Of a DNA stretch of 64,000 nt, positions 36,748-48,935 are shown one piece after another. The notes under the pieces were generated by a model. The model saw nothing but the letters and a program-made list of their open reading frames with translations, searched no databases and had not been told where the DNA came from. Numbering within the stretch: position 1 is the stretch's first letter; the number at the start of each line of letters is the position of its first letter. A program made the translations under genes and the position numbers. Origin of the DNA: Calcarisporiella thermophila CBS 279.70 (Eukaryota; Fungi; Calcarisporiellomycota); the NCBI RefSeq assembly GCF_041956535.1, contig NW_027192199.1, forward strand, positions 838,515 through 902,514, in the 5' to 3' direction.

Positions 36748-38410
36748 TTAAACCTTTACAAAAATGCTCTTGTTGACGCGTAACCTCAACACAAGAATGA
36801 TAAGGGCGGCGAGCACCGACAATGCGCCCGTAAATTCCGCGAGCGGGACGAAAGTGGTACGGTTCTGAGCATCCAAGATCAGGCCTGCAAGCGGTGGGCC
36901 CAGAAGCGAGCCGAAGGTGGTCGCGAAAAAGATGAATCCAAACACGTCGTGTAGGTGCTGAATCGGCACCAACTCGGCACACACCACGGGGAAGAGTGAA
37001 ATAAACCCTCCTAATCATCAACAAACACAAATCAGATCATCTGCATATGCCTCTCTCTTACCAGGGTGTCGAAATACCTCCAAATATGCCGTAAAGTACC
37101 ACAAAGAGTATGAGGATGTTTAAGGATTTGGCCAGCGGCCACACAATCATGGTCGAAAGGCCTCCGGCAAGAGTGCAAACCAAGAATACGTTGATCCGTC
37201 CGCTGGTGGTTCAGAGTCAGGGTGAGTCAATACATCTATACACAAACGGCGATCTGCAAATCTACTTACAGGTAGTCAGCAGACATGCCAAGGCCTATTC
37301 TTGCCAAGCTGTTAATGCCGCTCATCACTCCAATGAGGGTGGCCGCAAGCGACGCATCCACCCCAATGAACCTCGCGTACTGCGCCAACATGAAGAACGG
37401 CGCAGCATATCCAAAAGTAATAAAGAAGCCGATGACAAACATGAGCCGTACGTTGACATTGAGGATCTCCCAATCTAAAAACTTGCGCTTCCGGTGTCCG
37501 TGCCTGTTTGCATGGGCGGCAGAATGGGTATTGGGAGGGTGCCAGTCACGAAGGACGAGCGTTGCGCAAGGCATGATTAAGTAACCGATGAACGCGAGCA
37601 CCCGCAGGGACCAGGCATACCCTAGCCGCTCCAGTACTGAACGAGCGATGGGTGTTAGTACTAGTCCCCCTATCCCTCCGCCGCTCATGGAGATTCCAAT
37701 GGCAAGGCCTCGCCGCTTGGAAAACCATTTCGATGGGATAGTGATGGCGGGAAAATAGGCAAGTGAAATGCCGATTCCGAAAAGTATTCCTTGAGTCAAA
37801 AACACGTGCCAAATCTAGTACCCTAATAGTCAGAAGTGGGCTCCATCATTAGCCTACCCAAGGCTTACCTGACTAGCCCAGCTGGCCAAGAGAAGAGCCG
37901 TTGGCGCGACAAACGAGCCAATCAACATTGTGGAGCGGAATCCAATTAATCGTACAAAGAGGTTCACTACCGGCCCAAGCCCAAATAAACAAGCCGTCGT
38001 GATAGAGCCGACGAAGGATATTGCCAGAGTACTGATTTGGCCTTGATATATGTGATTGAGGTAGAGCTCTTGATAAATACCTAGACGATATTCTGCCAAG
38101 TAAGTAGTGGAGGAGATCAGTAGAACAAGTGGAATCATTACCCCAACAAAAGACAATTCCAAATGCGTAAAAATTGCTATGATGGGGTGTGATTGTGAGC
38201 AGGGATGATGTAGAAATAAGGAACATGAGACCTATATCCTTACGCAAAAAATGCACCCAAGACCACCACCCAGCCATATCCACCATCGGGCGGGGAAGCA
38301 ACTTGGTGACCGTTTGGCTTCTGCCCATCTGCGACTTGTTTTTCTAATGCAGCTCCATCTTGGGTAGGCATCGAATTCTCTGAAATTTCATAACCGTTTA
38401 GCTCACCCAT
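36748..38410 (-). CDS. MFS monocarboxylate transporter (MCT/MCH family), multi-exon
   Basis: PPDGGYGWVVVLGAF, TQGILFGIGISLAYFP..WFSKRRGLAIGISMSGGGIGG, GSLLGPPLAG. Confidence 0.9.
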
Positions 38411-39615
38411 TTTTCAGGAGGAATTTTTCTAGAGTAGCCAACGCTTCCTCCAGTATGTAGTATGAAGCTATTGTATTAGATTTTCCTGTACTCAGTCCTT
38501 TTTATAAGTGATGCTTTTATAGAAATGGATTGCTGTTTATAGCGGCAACTCTCGAGCGACGACCGGCGACGGTAAATCTCATCTCCGTCGGATACCGGAA
38601 AGAGAGATAACCATCGGGCTGCTTTGGGTTCATTTTTTAATGTAAACTCTTCAATAGTGTCTCTTTGTTTCGCCAGCCTTAATGAATTCAGGTTTTGCGT
38701 TCGGGTCACAAACGCCTGGTGATACAAAATTAAGGTTGCCCGAAGAATATTCAGGATGCGGATCGATTAAAGACTGTCCGAGCCGTAGTTTCCGAGGTAA
38801 AAGAGCCAAAGGAAGTAACGGACATGGCCTGGTGCTGACCACTTGGGGCATTGCGCCGCTTAGACTCATTCCTCTCACAAGAGGATGCGCCTCCGGAAGA
38901 ATTATTCAACAAAGCGTGCTTACGGAAATGAAATCCAAAAATTCAAAATTCGGCACTCCAAGAAAAGAAGAGGATCCTAAACTTAGCCAAAATAGACGGT
39001 GTAATATCAGAACAAATGCTTCGTTCAAAGCCAAGTGTTTTTCCAATGGCGGGGGGCATCAGATTACAGAATAAAGCACGGCCAAAATTGTCCCTAATAC
39101 ATTCAGTTTCAATCAGACTCTTAGAAAAGCTATGTAAGATTTCTCCAGTTCTGGATGGTTCGGAGTTCCAAAATATTCCAAATCAAGTAATTTAAGAAGT
39201 AAAAGATTGATAAATTTATTCTTTACAAAAAATCAAGGACTATTTATAAACTTCAGAAAATACATTCTTTACATAATACAAGTTGGCGTTAAATGGCTAA
39301 TGTAAGACTTGCGTAATATTACAAAGCTAAAACATTATCTAAGGCAAGACATTATTCTAAATATGTTCTGTAAAAATATAAAAAATAATAGTAAAGTCAA
39401 TTCATTACAAGCTATCTTCAATCCATGAACGATAATATATTAATGGGAAGAGATCTAAAAGAGTACGGCCTATATAAATAAATATAAACCTTGTTTTTCA
39501 CATCTATTTCTTCAAACCGCAATATAAATGGAAGCCTAGTTTCATTCTAAAAAAGTAGGTTTATTTAAACACGAATGGGTGATGAATATACACCAAATGC
39601 GTCAAAAGCGCGTAA

Positions 39616-40994
39616 TTAATCGAGCAGCGGGACCGCCTCGATCACGCTGTGATAAGACCTCGTTGGCACCACTTTTCGAATCTCGAATCTCGCCTCCTGC
39701 AACAACCGTCTATAATCGTCCAGCGACCTTTCGCATGCGCCCTCCCTGAAAAACACCATCATCAATACATCCATGTTGCATTGCTGGCGAAGAGGCCGCT
39801 CTTCCATCACCGTTTCAGAGAGCAATAGCACCCCACCGTCCCGCATCGACTCTCTTACTTTGCATAAAATCTGCAAACACTCTGCATCGGGCCAGTCGTG
39901 GAGTACATGCTTGAGGAAGTAGACGCGAGCAGGCGGTAGCTGCTCAAAGAAGTTCCCTGAGAGGTAGCTTAGATTGGGAAGAACAGGGTGGAGTTGTTTT
40001 GCTTTTTCGATAACGGCGGGAGTATCAAAGACGACGGCGGAGAGCAGGGGATAATGGGTGAGGAGAGAGCGGGTAAATCGCCCCAGCCCGGCCCCCACGT
40101 CTATGATGGTCTCGTTTGCATATTGGTTCCAATCATAGTCTACGGGGTCAGAGCAAGTTAGCGAGCTTGTCCTTGTGGTCCAAATTCTCTGCTGAACCTA
40201 CCCGCTATCACGGCTGTTTCAATCTCCGCAGTCACCGCCAACATAACTCGGTTAAATTGCTCCTTCTTCTTCGCATTATTCGGCATGTCAAGATACTCGA
40301 ACAAATCCCTGCACCCTGTGGCCAGCTCGGCGCATGTCTGGGTAGATTTTTGGTCGATAGACTCTCCCAAATACTGGGAGAACAAAAGTGGCTCTTCCAA
40401 TCTATCAAAGCATTAATAAATAGAGATGTTACAACGCAAGGGTCAGCACTCACTCACCCCAAGTGAAAAGCAGTGCTCCTCGGATGATCTCGACGTAGCA
40501 CATCGGATTGTAGATTATTGCGATAAACATGGCAAGACACCTCTTCGAATATCCCAAGGCCCACCAATTGGCGCATCACCCGTCCTAAGTTCGAGAGATT
40601 AGTAACTCAGCATAGTGGACAACGGCTCTTTTCTGCTCATACCAAGTTGCGTTGCCTTGGCCCCTGCTTTTTCTGCGAGATCTTCAAGCCTCATCTCCCC
40701 ATCGCCCAGCAAATCCGCCACTCCAAATTTTGCTACCACGAGAAGGGATCTAGTCTCCAAAAACTGCCTAGCTATCCGCTGTGCTCTGTCGACCGGGGTC
40801 TCGGCAATGGTCTCGAAGTGAAGCAAGAGCCGTTGGGCTTCCCGGCGAGCTTTGACCACCTCCCAGGGCTCAAGTGTCTGCCTAGGGTCGGTGGCGCGGT
40901 GGCGGTGGATTAGGAGAAGATTATCGCTGAAGGATTTGATTTGAGATTGAAGAGTGGAGTTTGCGTCCACTGAAGTCGAACTCTTCCGAACCAT
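39616..40994 (-). CDS. SAM-dependent O-methyltransferase (Methyltransf_2), ~3 exons, divergent from the NRPS-like gene
   Basis: GVADLL..LEDLA (dimerisation domain), RNNLQSD, IIDVGAGLG, FDTPAVI, GNFFE, LKHVLHDWPD, ERSLDDY. Confidence 0.92.
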
Positions 40995-41980
40995 TGTGGG
41001 GATTTCAAACAAGTAAAATGCCTGTGAATGGAGAAACTATTCAAGTGTCGGTAAATTACAGAGACTATCGATCCAAGAAAAGAGGCCAATTTTATAACGA
41101 AGATAGAGTTATTAACTAGGAGGCCAGAGTTAAACAATAGCTTTTTGCTGAGCTGGTTATTCGACAAATAAGCGCCAAGCTAGAGCATACCGCGTTGGAT
41201 GTCATCGAGTTGCGCTTCCAGAAAAACCAATCCCAAGGATTTTCATGGCATTAAACTCTGTTTGGTCGCAAGCTTCCCACGAGAGTCCATTCCGCCATTA
41301 AGGGTTAGTGCGCTGAGAAGGAGTCGGATACGCGGATTTAAGGGCGACTGTGGTATAACTTTATTGGGAGGAAACGGTCTATGCGTTATTCCGCCAGCTC
41401 CATGGCAATCGCTATTGTTGCTTGTCTTAAAAAAAGAATAATAATTTAGAGTTTGAGCATCCAAGCAATGCCGTCCGCCAATAGCCAAGTTTAGTTGATT
41501 AACACGAATATTTTCTAATTAATTAAGCTTAATAAATAATTTTGAGATTAAAATCCAAGTGGTTGATTACACTCTTTGACCTACAGCCTAAAGAATTTTC
41601 TCAAGGGCAAGCGGTAACTATTGCTGCTTTAGAGTTGCCATAGGGGCAAATATTTCCAAAAATATCAAACCTAAAGAGATGAACAAAGCGAAATTAAATT
41701 ATTTGATGAAGGGTTTGAGAATAGACCGGCGCTTTCCAGTTGGATCCGAGCAGAGATGGCTCGAGGCGCGCCGTATCGGCTGGACATTTATGGAGTATTG
41801 GAACCCACTTCATCAATGAATGGGGCAAAGCCTAAACTGTCACACTTACTCTAACTTTCGGAAGAGAGAGAAGCTAGGGGCAGGGAGCGAATTTGGGCCT
41901 TCTACCAGACTATGCCCTTGTTCTGAGATCAAACCAGGGGAATGCTTACCTCAACGGTCCCCATCTGCTTCTGCGACAGG

Positions 41981-41988
41981 TATATAAG
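41981..41988 (+). promoter_or_regulatory. TATA box of the NRPS-like gene
   Basis: TATATAAG ~90 bp upstream of ATG 42070. Confidence 0.55.
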
Positions 41989-42069
41989 GCCGCCATGTTT
42001 TGAGAATGGATTATCATAAAGCAAACGAAAAACAAAATTCTATCCATCCTCCCTCACTTGAATCATAAA

Positions 42070-44841
42070 ATGACCATTGCCGACCTTGTCCCGCTTCCCA
42101 CCGTGCAATTCAGCGAAGCCGGAAACCTCACACGACTCCTTCTCCGAGCAGCCAAGACACAACCAGAACATGGAATATTCTACATCCCAGATACCGAGCA
42201 TATCGACAAGCCCCTCTTTACCACCTACCCATCATTAGTCTCGACTGCAAGGGCTCTTTGTGCCTCGCTCCAGCAATTGGGACTGCAGCCAGGCGATCCA
42301 GTCGTACTCTATTTCGATCGGCACCAAGATTACATTGAGACCTTCTGGGCCTGTCTTTTTGGCGGCTTTATTCCCTGTCCCCTCGCACCTCTGAGCCCTG
42401 ATCTCAATCTACGATCCAAGCATCTCGAGCATATCCACACCCTCCTCGATTCCCCAATCTTTCTCACCAGAGGAACCCTTCTACCACAGCTGGTAGCTTC
42501 AGTGAATCTCCGCACCACGCCTCTGGAGTCTCTGAGCACGACAGAAGAGACTTTGACCTTGCATATGGCTGCTCCAGCCGACATCGCCGTGCTCATGCTT
42601 ACCTCAGGCTCTACTGGCAACTCCAAAGCGGTCCAGCTAACTCATGACAACCTACTAGCCAGCATGAGCGGCAAGAATAGTTGCCATATGCTTTCCGAGA
42701 AGGATCGTATTTTCAGTTGGATCGGGTTTGATCATGTTGCCTGTGTCACGGAGGGCCACCTGAATGCTATTACCTGGTGCGCAAGCCAAATCCATGCCAG
42801 CTCCTCGGTGGTATTGGCGGATCCTCGTCATTTCTTGAAGATCATCAACAACCATCGAGTTTCGTTCACGTTTGCACCCAACTTTCTATTTGCCCAAATT
42901 GAAGCTGCACTTCAACGCCATCCAGAGGACTCCTATGATCTTTCATCTCTACGCTTGATCACCAGTGGAGGTGAAGCGATTGTGACTGAGACTGCAAAGC
43001 GATTTCTTGGCCGGTTGAAGCGGTTCGGGATGGCTCAGGATATCATCGTCCCAGGATTCGGTATGACGGAGACATGCGCAGGAAGCATCTATAACATGCA
43101 TTTTCCCGAGGTTGACCAAGGCGCTGAGTTTGCTTCCCTTGGCCGCCCCGTCAAAGGGCTGCAAATGCGCATTGTGGACGACGATGGCAAAAAGGTGCCG
43201 GAAGACACCGTGGGCGATCTCGAGCTCAAAGGAAGGATTATATTTGCAGGATATTGGAATAACCCTAGAGCCAATGAGGAATCCTTTACTGCGGACGGGT
43301 GGTTCAGAACTGGAGACCGTGGATATATCCGGGATGGCTGTCTTTCGCTCTCCGGCCGCAAAAAGGACAGCATCATCATCAATGGCGTCAACTACTTTAG
43401 TCATGAGCTGGAAACAATGCTCGAAGAAGTTGATGGCATCGCTCGCTCACATGTTGCAGTGTGCCCCATCCGCCTGGCCGATTACGACACCGAACAGATG
43501 GGAATATTCTTCCTCCCCACCTTCGATATCACCCACGAAGAGCCCTTGATCCGCACGTGCACTGACATTCGTGACAAAGCTGTCCTGTATTGCGGAGTCA
43601 AGCCTCAAGTTATTCTCCCCCTCTCAAAGGATCTCATGAACAAGTCCAGCCTGGGCAAGCTCTCCCGTTCGCGTCTCCGGAATCAATTTGAAACAGGCCA
43701 ATTCGTGCACATTCAGAAAGAGGTGGAGGCCATCTTTGCCAAAGCAAAGCACCGCGATTACCAGGCCCCCGAGACCCTGGTAGAGAAGACACTGGCCGAA
43801 CTTTACTCCCAGATATTTAACATCCCTTTGGAAGAAATCGGTGCAAACACTAACTTTTTTGACTTGGGAGCTAGCTCGCTTCATGTGGTGCGCTACAAGG
43901 CAAAGGTGATGACCACCCTCCAACTTGATGACTTTCCGATCATCTGGATCATGCAATATCCCACCATCCGCGAGCTTGCCGCCAAGCTTGACAAAAGAGA
44001 TGCGCTCACGGAGTACGACCCCGTCGTCCCGCTACAGAAGACCGGCAAAAAAACACCCATTTTCTTTGTCCATCCCGGGGTCGGCGAGGTTCTCATTTTC
44101 GTAAATCTGGCTAAGTACTTCGTCAACGAGAGACCGTTCTATGCCCTTCGGGCCCGCGGGTTCAACTCCAACGAGAGGTACTTCCAGTCGTTTGAGGAAA
44201 TGGTGGAGTCGTATACGCGTGCGATTCGCAGAACCCAACCCAAAGGGCCGTATGCTGTTGCAGGCTACTCGTACGGAGGGGTGGTGGCCTTTGAGATTGC
44301 CAAGCAGCTCGAAGCCGAAGGAGAGGAGGTCAAGTTTGTAGGCGCAGTGAATATCCCCCCGCACATTAAACAACGCATGGACCAGTTGGACTGGACGGAG
44401 GGCTTCTTGAACCTCGCGTATTTCCTCGACTTGCTGAGCAAGGAGCGTGCTCGTGAGCTCTCGCCTTATCTACACACCCTAACCAGAGAAGAGCAACTGA
44501 AATATATCTGGAGCATCGCGCCCCCCGCCCGCATCCAAGAGCTCGACCTTGATCTCAACAGGCTCGAGGACTGGGTGGATCTGGCTCAATCACTGTTGAA
44601 TGCGGGTCGCTTTTACGAGCCGAGCGGTAAAGTGGATCGGCTCACCGTCTTCTATGCCGTGCCCCTCTTCGGTACTAAACAAGAGTGGTTGGAGAGGCAA
44701 CTTAAGCCGTGGGATCAGTTTTCTCGCCGTGCCAACCGATATATTGACGTTCCTGGAGAGCATTATACCCTGATGGACATCCACCACGTTGCTCAGTTTC
44801 AAAAAATATTCCGCAATGAGCTTGCAAGGAGTGGGCTTTGA
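42070..44841 (+). CDS. A-T-TE NRPS-like aryl-pyruvate-dimerising enzyme (atromentin/polyporic acid synthetase type)
   Basis: LMLTSGSTGNSKAV, WIGFDHVA (Val at the amino-binding Asp position, indicating an alpha-keto acid substrate), GFGMTETCAG, T domain FFDLGASSL, TE domain HPGVGE, GYSYG, VNIPPH, GEHYT; intronless. Confidence 0.95.
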   Translation: MTIADLVPLPTVQFSEAGNLTRLLLRAAKTQPEHGIFYIPDTEHIDKPLFTTYPSLVSTARALCASLQQLGLQPGDPVVLYFDRHQDYIETFWACLFGGFIPCPLAPLSPDLNLRSKHLEHIHTLLDSPIFLTRGTLLPQLVASVNLRTTPLESLSTTEETLTLHMAAPADIAVLMLTSGSTGNSKAVQLTHDNLLASMSGKNSCHMLSEKDRIFSWIGFDHVACVTEGHLNAITWCASQIHASSSVVLADPRHFLKIINNHRVSFTFAPNFLFAQIEAALQRHPEDSYDLSSLRLITSGGEAIVTETAKRFLGRLKRFGMAQDIIVPGFGMTETCAGSIYNMHFPEVDQGAEFASLGRPVKGLQMRIVDDDGKKVPEDTVGDLELKGRIIFAGYWNNPRANEESFTADGWFRTGDRGYIRDGCLSLSGRKKDSIIINGVNYFSHELETMLEEVDGIARSHVAVCPIRLADYDTEQMGIFFLPTFDITHEEPLIRTCTDIRDKAVLYCGVKPQVILPLSKDLMNKSSLGKLSRSRLRNQFETGQFVHIQKEVEAIFAKAKHRDYQAPETLVEKTLAELYSQIFNIPLEEIGANTNFFDLGASSLHVVRYKAKVMTTLQLDDFPIIWIMQYPTIRELAAKLDKRDALTEYDPVVPLQKTGKKTPIFFVHPGVGEVLIFVNLAKYFVNERPFYALRARGFNSNERYFQSFEEMVESYTRAIRRTQPKGPYAVAGYSYGGVVAFEIAKQLEAEGEEVKFVGAVNIPPHIKQRMDQLDWTEGFLNLAYFLDLLSKERARELSPYLHTLTREEQLKYIWSIAPPARIQELDLDLNRLEDWVDLAQSLLNAGRFYEPSGKVDRLTVFYAVPLFGTKQEWLERQLKPWDQFSRRANRYIDVPGEHYTLMDIHHVAQFQKIFRNELARSGL

Positions 44842-45824
44842 TTTTTTTTTATATATATATATTCTCTTTGTATTTCATTCGTATTGTTTTTTTAAAAAAA
44901 ATTGATGTTTTTTGATTCATTTTTGTTTGATTTATTGTTATGCCTGTATTTATTTGAAAACCTTGATATTATACATCAGCTCTATGTGGCGACTTTTGTT
45001 ATTAATGCATTATGTTATCTTTCGTTTTCATAAAATCTTGGTGAGGGTTGAACTTTATTTTCAGGAAAAAGAAGGTGGCAATAATACGAATAACATGAAA
45101 ATCGTGAATAATCCAACGACAAATAAAAAAAATACTCAATCTCTTCCTTTTCTATTGAATGATAAAATAGAAATATTTTAGAGGTAATCGTATTTTGAAT
45201 TTTCTTATGACGAGAGAATATTCATTTCAATAACATCAAAATCTTTAACGTAAACTCAATAATTAATATGCATTAACGCAAATGCTAATTCCCAAATATG
45301 TTTAGCATCGACCAAGGAGTTGACTAGGGAAACCAGTGGCTCGAGCACGAATATTTTACTCAATTTTGATAAATCTATCCAAAAGTCGAGAGGAATGTCT
45401 ATTTTTATTCTTTATGAAAAGGTTCACTAAGGGAGAGACGAAGACCATTTTAAGTGGCCGGCCTAAATTTTAAGCATTTGGCTATCTTCTCTCTCTCAAA
45501 AGTTTACAGCCAATTTATTAATTCGCAACGTGATATAAAGGGAGACGATATTGGAAGGGCCAAGAGAACAATCGTATCATATAGAAAATCAAGCCTCAAT
45601 TTATCGCGCAGTTGAATGAAAAATCCCTGACGATTCACTAGGTCTGTATCAAGGTAATAGAATCGAAAACCATCTAAAGAATTCAATCAAGGAAAGCCAT
45701 CCTACAATTTTGTATCGACGTGGTATTGGCGTTTTAGCGACTTCTCTCATAGCCCATTCCCACCCATCCGTGTCACCTCCATCACAAATCAAGAGGCTCA
45801 GCATCGGACCCTAAATCAGAACGA

Positions 45825-46322
45825 TTAGTCGTCCGTCACGCGCTTGCAACCATCATACGGTATATACTTATAAACCGCATATTTTGGCAGTGTTTTGTCC
45901 AATTTCATCATGTTCTTCACCTGCTCAACGCCATTGTCCCAATAGATGTGTTGTCTCATTCTGATTTTGTCTGGATCGTCCAAGCTCCCCACGGTTATCC
46001 CGCGCCAACCTTGATCCTCGTCGGACAGCACGAACAATTGGGTCCCACACTCGGGGCAGAATCCCCGCCTGGTGTCCGCTGAACTCTGGTAGAACTTAGC
46101 TTTGTTTTCGACAGGCGTGAGGAACACGAGATGTTTTTCGGCCAGCCAGAAGTAGCTTGGGAGCATCGCGCCAGTGGATTTACGGCATTGAGTGCAATGG
46201 CAGATGTTCACGAATGATGATGAAGCCGTGCTGAAGTCATGCGGCAACTTGGCACGGTAGCGGATATGGCCACAAAGGCAGCTGCCCTCGACAGTAAAGT
46301 TTTCACAAGGGCCCGAGTTCAT
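45825..46322 (-). CDS. GFA/CENP-V (Mss4-like) family protein 1
   Basis: GSCLCG..CHCTQCR..RGFCPECG..GSLDDP..HIYW. Confidence 0.9.
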   Translation of the reverse strand: MNSGPCENFTVEGSCLCGHIRYRAKLPHDFSTASSSFVNICHCTQCRKSTGAMLPSYFWLAEKHLVFLTPVENKAKFYQSSADTRRGFCPECGTQLFVLSDEDQGWRGITVGSLDDPDKIRMRQHIYWDNGVEQVKNMMKLDKTLPKYAVYKYIPYDGCKRVTDD

Positions 46323-46925
46323 CGTCTTAGACTATACCTGACCAAGCCTTGCAGCAGGCGGGAAAGTTCATTATTTAAAGCGTGTTGAATTTCAGCCTCA
46401 TCCCGGTTTTTGGTCTTCATATCTGGTGGAGTGCCCCTAGATTAGGAAATAACGAGGCCACGCCACCCTGGCACAATAGAAAAGGCAGAAGCTCTGACCT
46501 AAGCACCAAAGAGCTCTGGAGTTTGTAAGCAATAAGAAAAGAACAGACTTCGATCCATTGGATCTTTATTCGGTTACAAACGGTGACGATCTTCTTTTTG
46601 AACTCCGTGTACAAAAACAACACAGCAAAGTAATACGTGGGATTCAAATCCAAATAAAGCGGTTACTACTGTAAAATTGTGTATACAAGATCGAAGGCAT
46701 ATATATTTAAGATGAATATTCTTAAACCTCTCGGATTGGTGAAATGTAAAATGAAATTGATGGAATCCGCTGTATATTTATTGTCCGTTGTCGAAGGATT
46801 AAATTAGGCATAAGCCCATGCCAAACTGCACTTTTCTAAGTTCATAAATCGAGAGGTGGCTCATTGGAAACTTGATGCAGATATAAAAAGTGAGTTTAAA
46901 ATCCATTTACATCACACGTGAACGA

Positions 46926-47375
46926 CTACTTACACTCGGCATACTTTGGCATCTGCTTGTCCAGAATGAGCAACTCCTTCATCGACTCAATGCCATGGTT
47001 CCAAAAAATATGCTGGCCGGGCTTGAGCCGGTTTGGGTCATCCAGGCTGCCAAGGGTGACCCCACAATGGGCTTCGTCATGGCCTGAAAACATGAAGAGT
47101 TGGGTTCCACACTCAGGGCAGAAACCACGCTGCGTCCCGGGTGAACTCTCGTAGTGTTTTGGTTTGTTTTCTTCCGGGGAGAGGAAGGCAAGATTCTCTC
47201 GGGGGAACCAGAAATAGCTGGCAAGCAGTGCGCCAGTAGCTCTGCGGCACAAGGAGCAGTGGCAGATAGGGGTGTAAGCTCCTCCGATATCCTTGGATAG
47301 TGTGGCACGGTACCGAATGCGTCCACAGAGGCACCCGCCATCAACCGTGAATTCGCTCGAGGGGTTTGAACTCAT
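46926..47375 (-). CDS. GFA/CENP-V family protein 2 (possible short last exon)
   Basis: GGCLCG..CHCSLCR..RGFCPECG..GSLDDP..HIFW; GTAAGT donor at the ORF end. Confidence 0.9.
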   Translation of the reverse strand: MSSNPSSEFTVDGGCLCGRIRYRATLSKDIGGAYTPICHCSLCRRATGALLASYFWFPRENLAFLSPEENKPKHYESSPGTQRGFCPECGTQLFMFSGHDEAHCGVTLGSLDDPNRLKPGQHIFWNHGIESMKELLILDKQMPKYAECK

Positions 47376-47934
47376 AGTTCTCTGATATTGTCGAAAAACG
47401 AGAGTATGTGGAGCGGCAGGGTGGAACCATGCTGCCGACTGCTGAGCCATTTTATCATCTCCAAATGGATGAGTCAACTTGACGATGCCCGGTACCCAAT
47501 CAAACAGAAGACACGAAGTCGACTAGGAGGCGTCCAATTTTTCTAACTTTTTCTCCCCGCCATGATGCACGTAGCATTCTTTTCGGCCTATTGCAGTTGC
47601 TGAGAGGAAGCTTTTTTATACAATTGATGCTAGTCCAGAAAAGTTGGATTGCGGGCAGTGGCTCGGGGGAGAGACTTGGCCGGATTCTCACTAGACATGC
47701 TAAGGATTGCTATGAGATGTGGCTTAGTTGACATACAAGGAAAATGGAATAGTTGGCGACCATTTCGTGCATACATTAGGTGGGAATTAATGGAGGCCTC
47801 CTTGCATATGGATGCTCCCAAATTGATATATATGGAGCAAGACTCGCCCATCCGCCAAATATCAAATCAAGAAAACCCTATTCCCATTCCTGCATTCTCC
47901 TCCTCTGCTTAATCCATTTTTTCCTTTAGAAGGT

Positions 47935-48462
47935 ATGGCGGACAGCTCGAAAGATAACCACGACCATGCCCTAGAACTCGAGGGCGGATGCCTCTGTAAA
48001 CGCATACGCTACCGCGTGTCGCTTCCCGTTTCCTACAACGAATGCGACCCCACCCCGGCCACCTACTGCCACTGCTCTGTGTGCCGTAAATCCACGGGGG
48101 CATTGCTCCCGGCTCTGACGACGGTCCCCGTCTCTGCGTTTACATTCCTCACCCCCCATCGCCCCAAATATTACTCCTCCTCCCCTGAAGTGTATCGAGG
48201 GTTCTGCGAGGAGTGCGGCAGCCAAATATACATGTGGGAGAGGGAGAAAGACGGCGCCAACTACGGGGTGTATGTAGGTGGGTTCGATGATCCCGACCGC
48301 ATTCGGGTCGGGAGGCATATCTTCTGGGATTCCGGGGTGGAGCAGGTCAAGGAAGTGTTTGCTCTGGATCCATCTAGAGCCAAGTGGCGCGAAGGTATGG
48401 TAGAAATCGTCGAGGATTGGGTTGCGGGCATAGGTTGCTCACCTTGTTTATTATTTTTATGA
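47935..48462 (+). CDS. GFA/CENP-V family protein 3
   Basis: GGCLCK..CHCSVCR..RGFCEECG..GGFDDP..HIFWDSGVEQVK. Confidence 0.9.
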   Translation: MADSSKDNHDHALELEGGCLCKRIRYRVSLPVSYNECDPTPATYCHCSVCRKSTGALLPALTTVPVSAFTFLTPHRPKYYSSSPEVYRGFCEECGSQIYMWEREKDGANYGVYVGGFDDPDRIRVGRHIFWDSGVEQVKEVFALDPSRAKWREGMVEIVEDWVAGIGCSPCLLFL

Positions 48463-48935
48463 AAGCCAAGTTCGAATCAGAGAAGTTTTATTGAGGAAGA
48501 GACCATACCGCTCAGAGGGCCTTGGTGTCCAATGGTGGACGTTGGGTCGTAGAGCCCCGACACCCTTTCGATCCCACTTCGCTTTCTATACAAGCCCCCA
48601 TCATGGAAAGAGAGAGAGACATGTTTTCTTATTGTAAAGTCAAAACAACAAGGAAGGTGGTGAAAAAAAAATTACAAGGCAAAGAAGATTTTCGAGAAAG
48701 CTAATAAGCCCATGGGGCGAGATTAAATACATACATACTAAACAATAAACTCTTTCGGGAGGGAGAGAGCGAAAAATAATATAGAGTTAATATATGGGGG
48801 AGTGAATAGAGCGGACGAGCAAAGGAGGGACCCATCCTCATCAAGATATAGAGTATTAACGATGTTGAATAAACTCGGAAAACATAAAGCTATCCAAAAT
48901 AAAATAAATATATATATAAATAGTCATGTAGTAGG

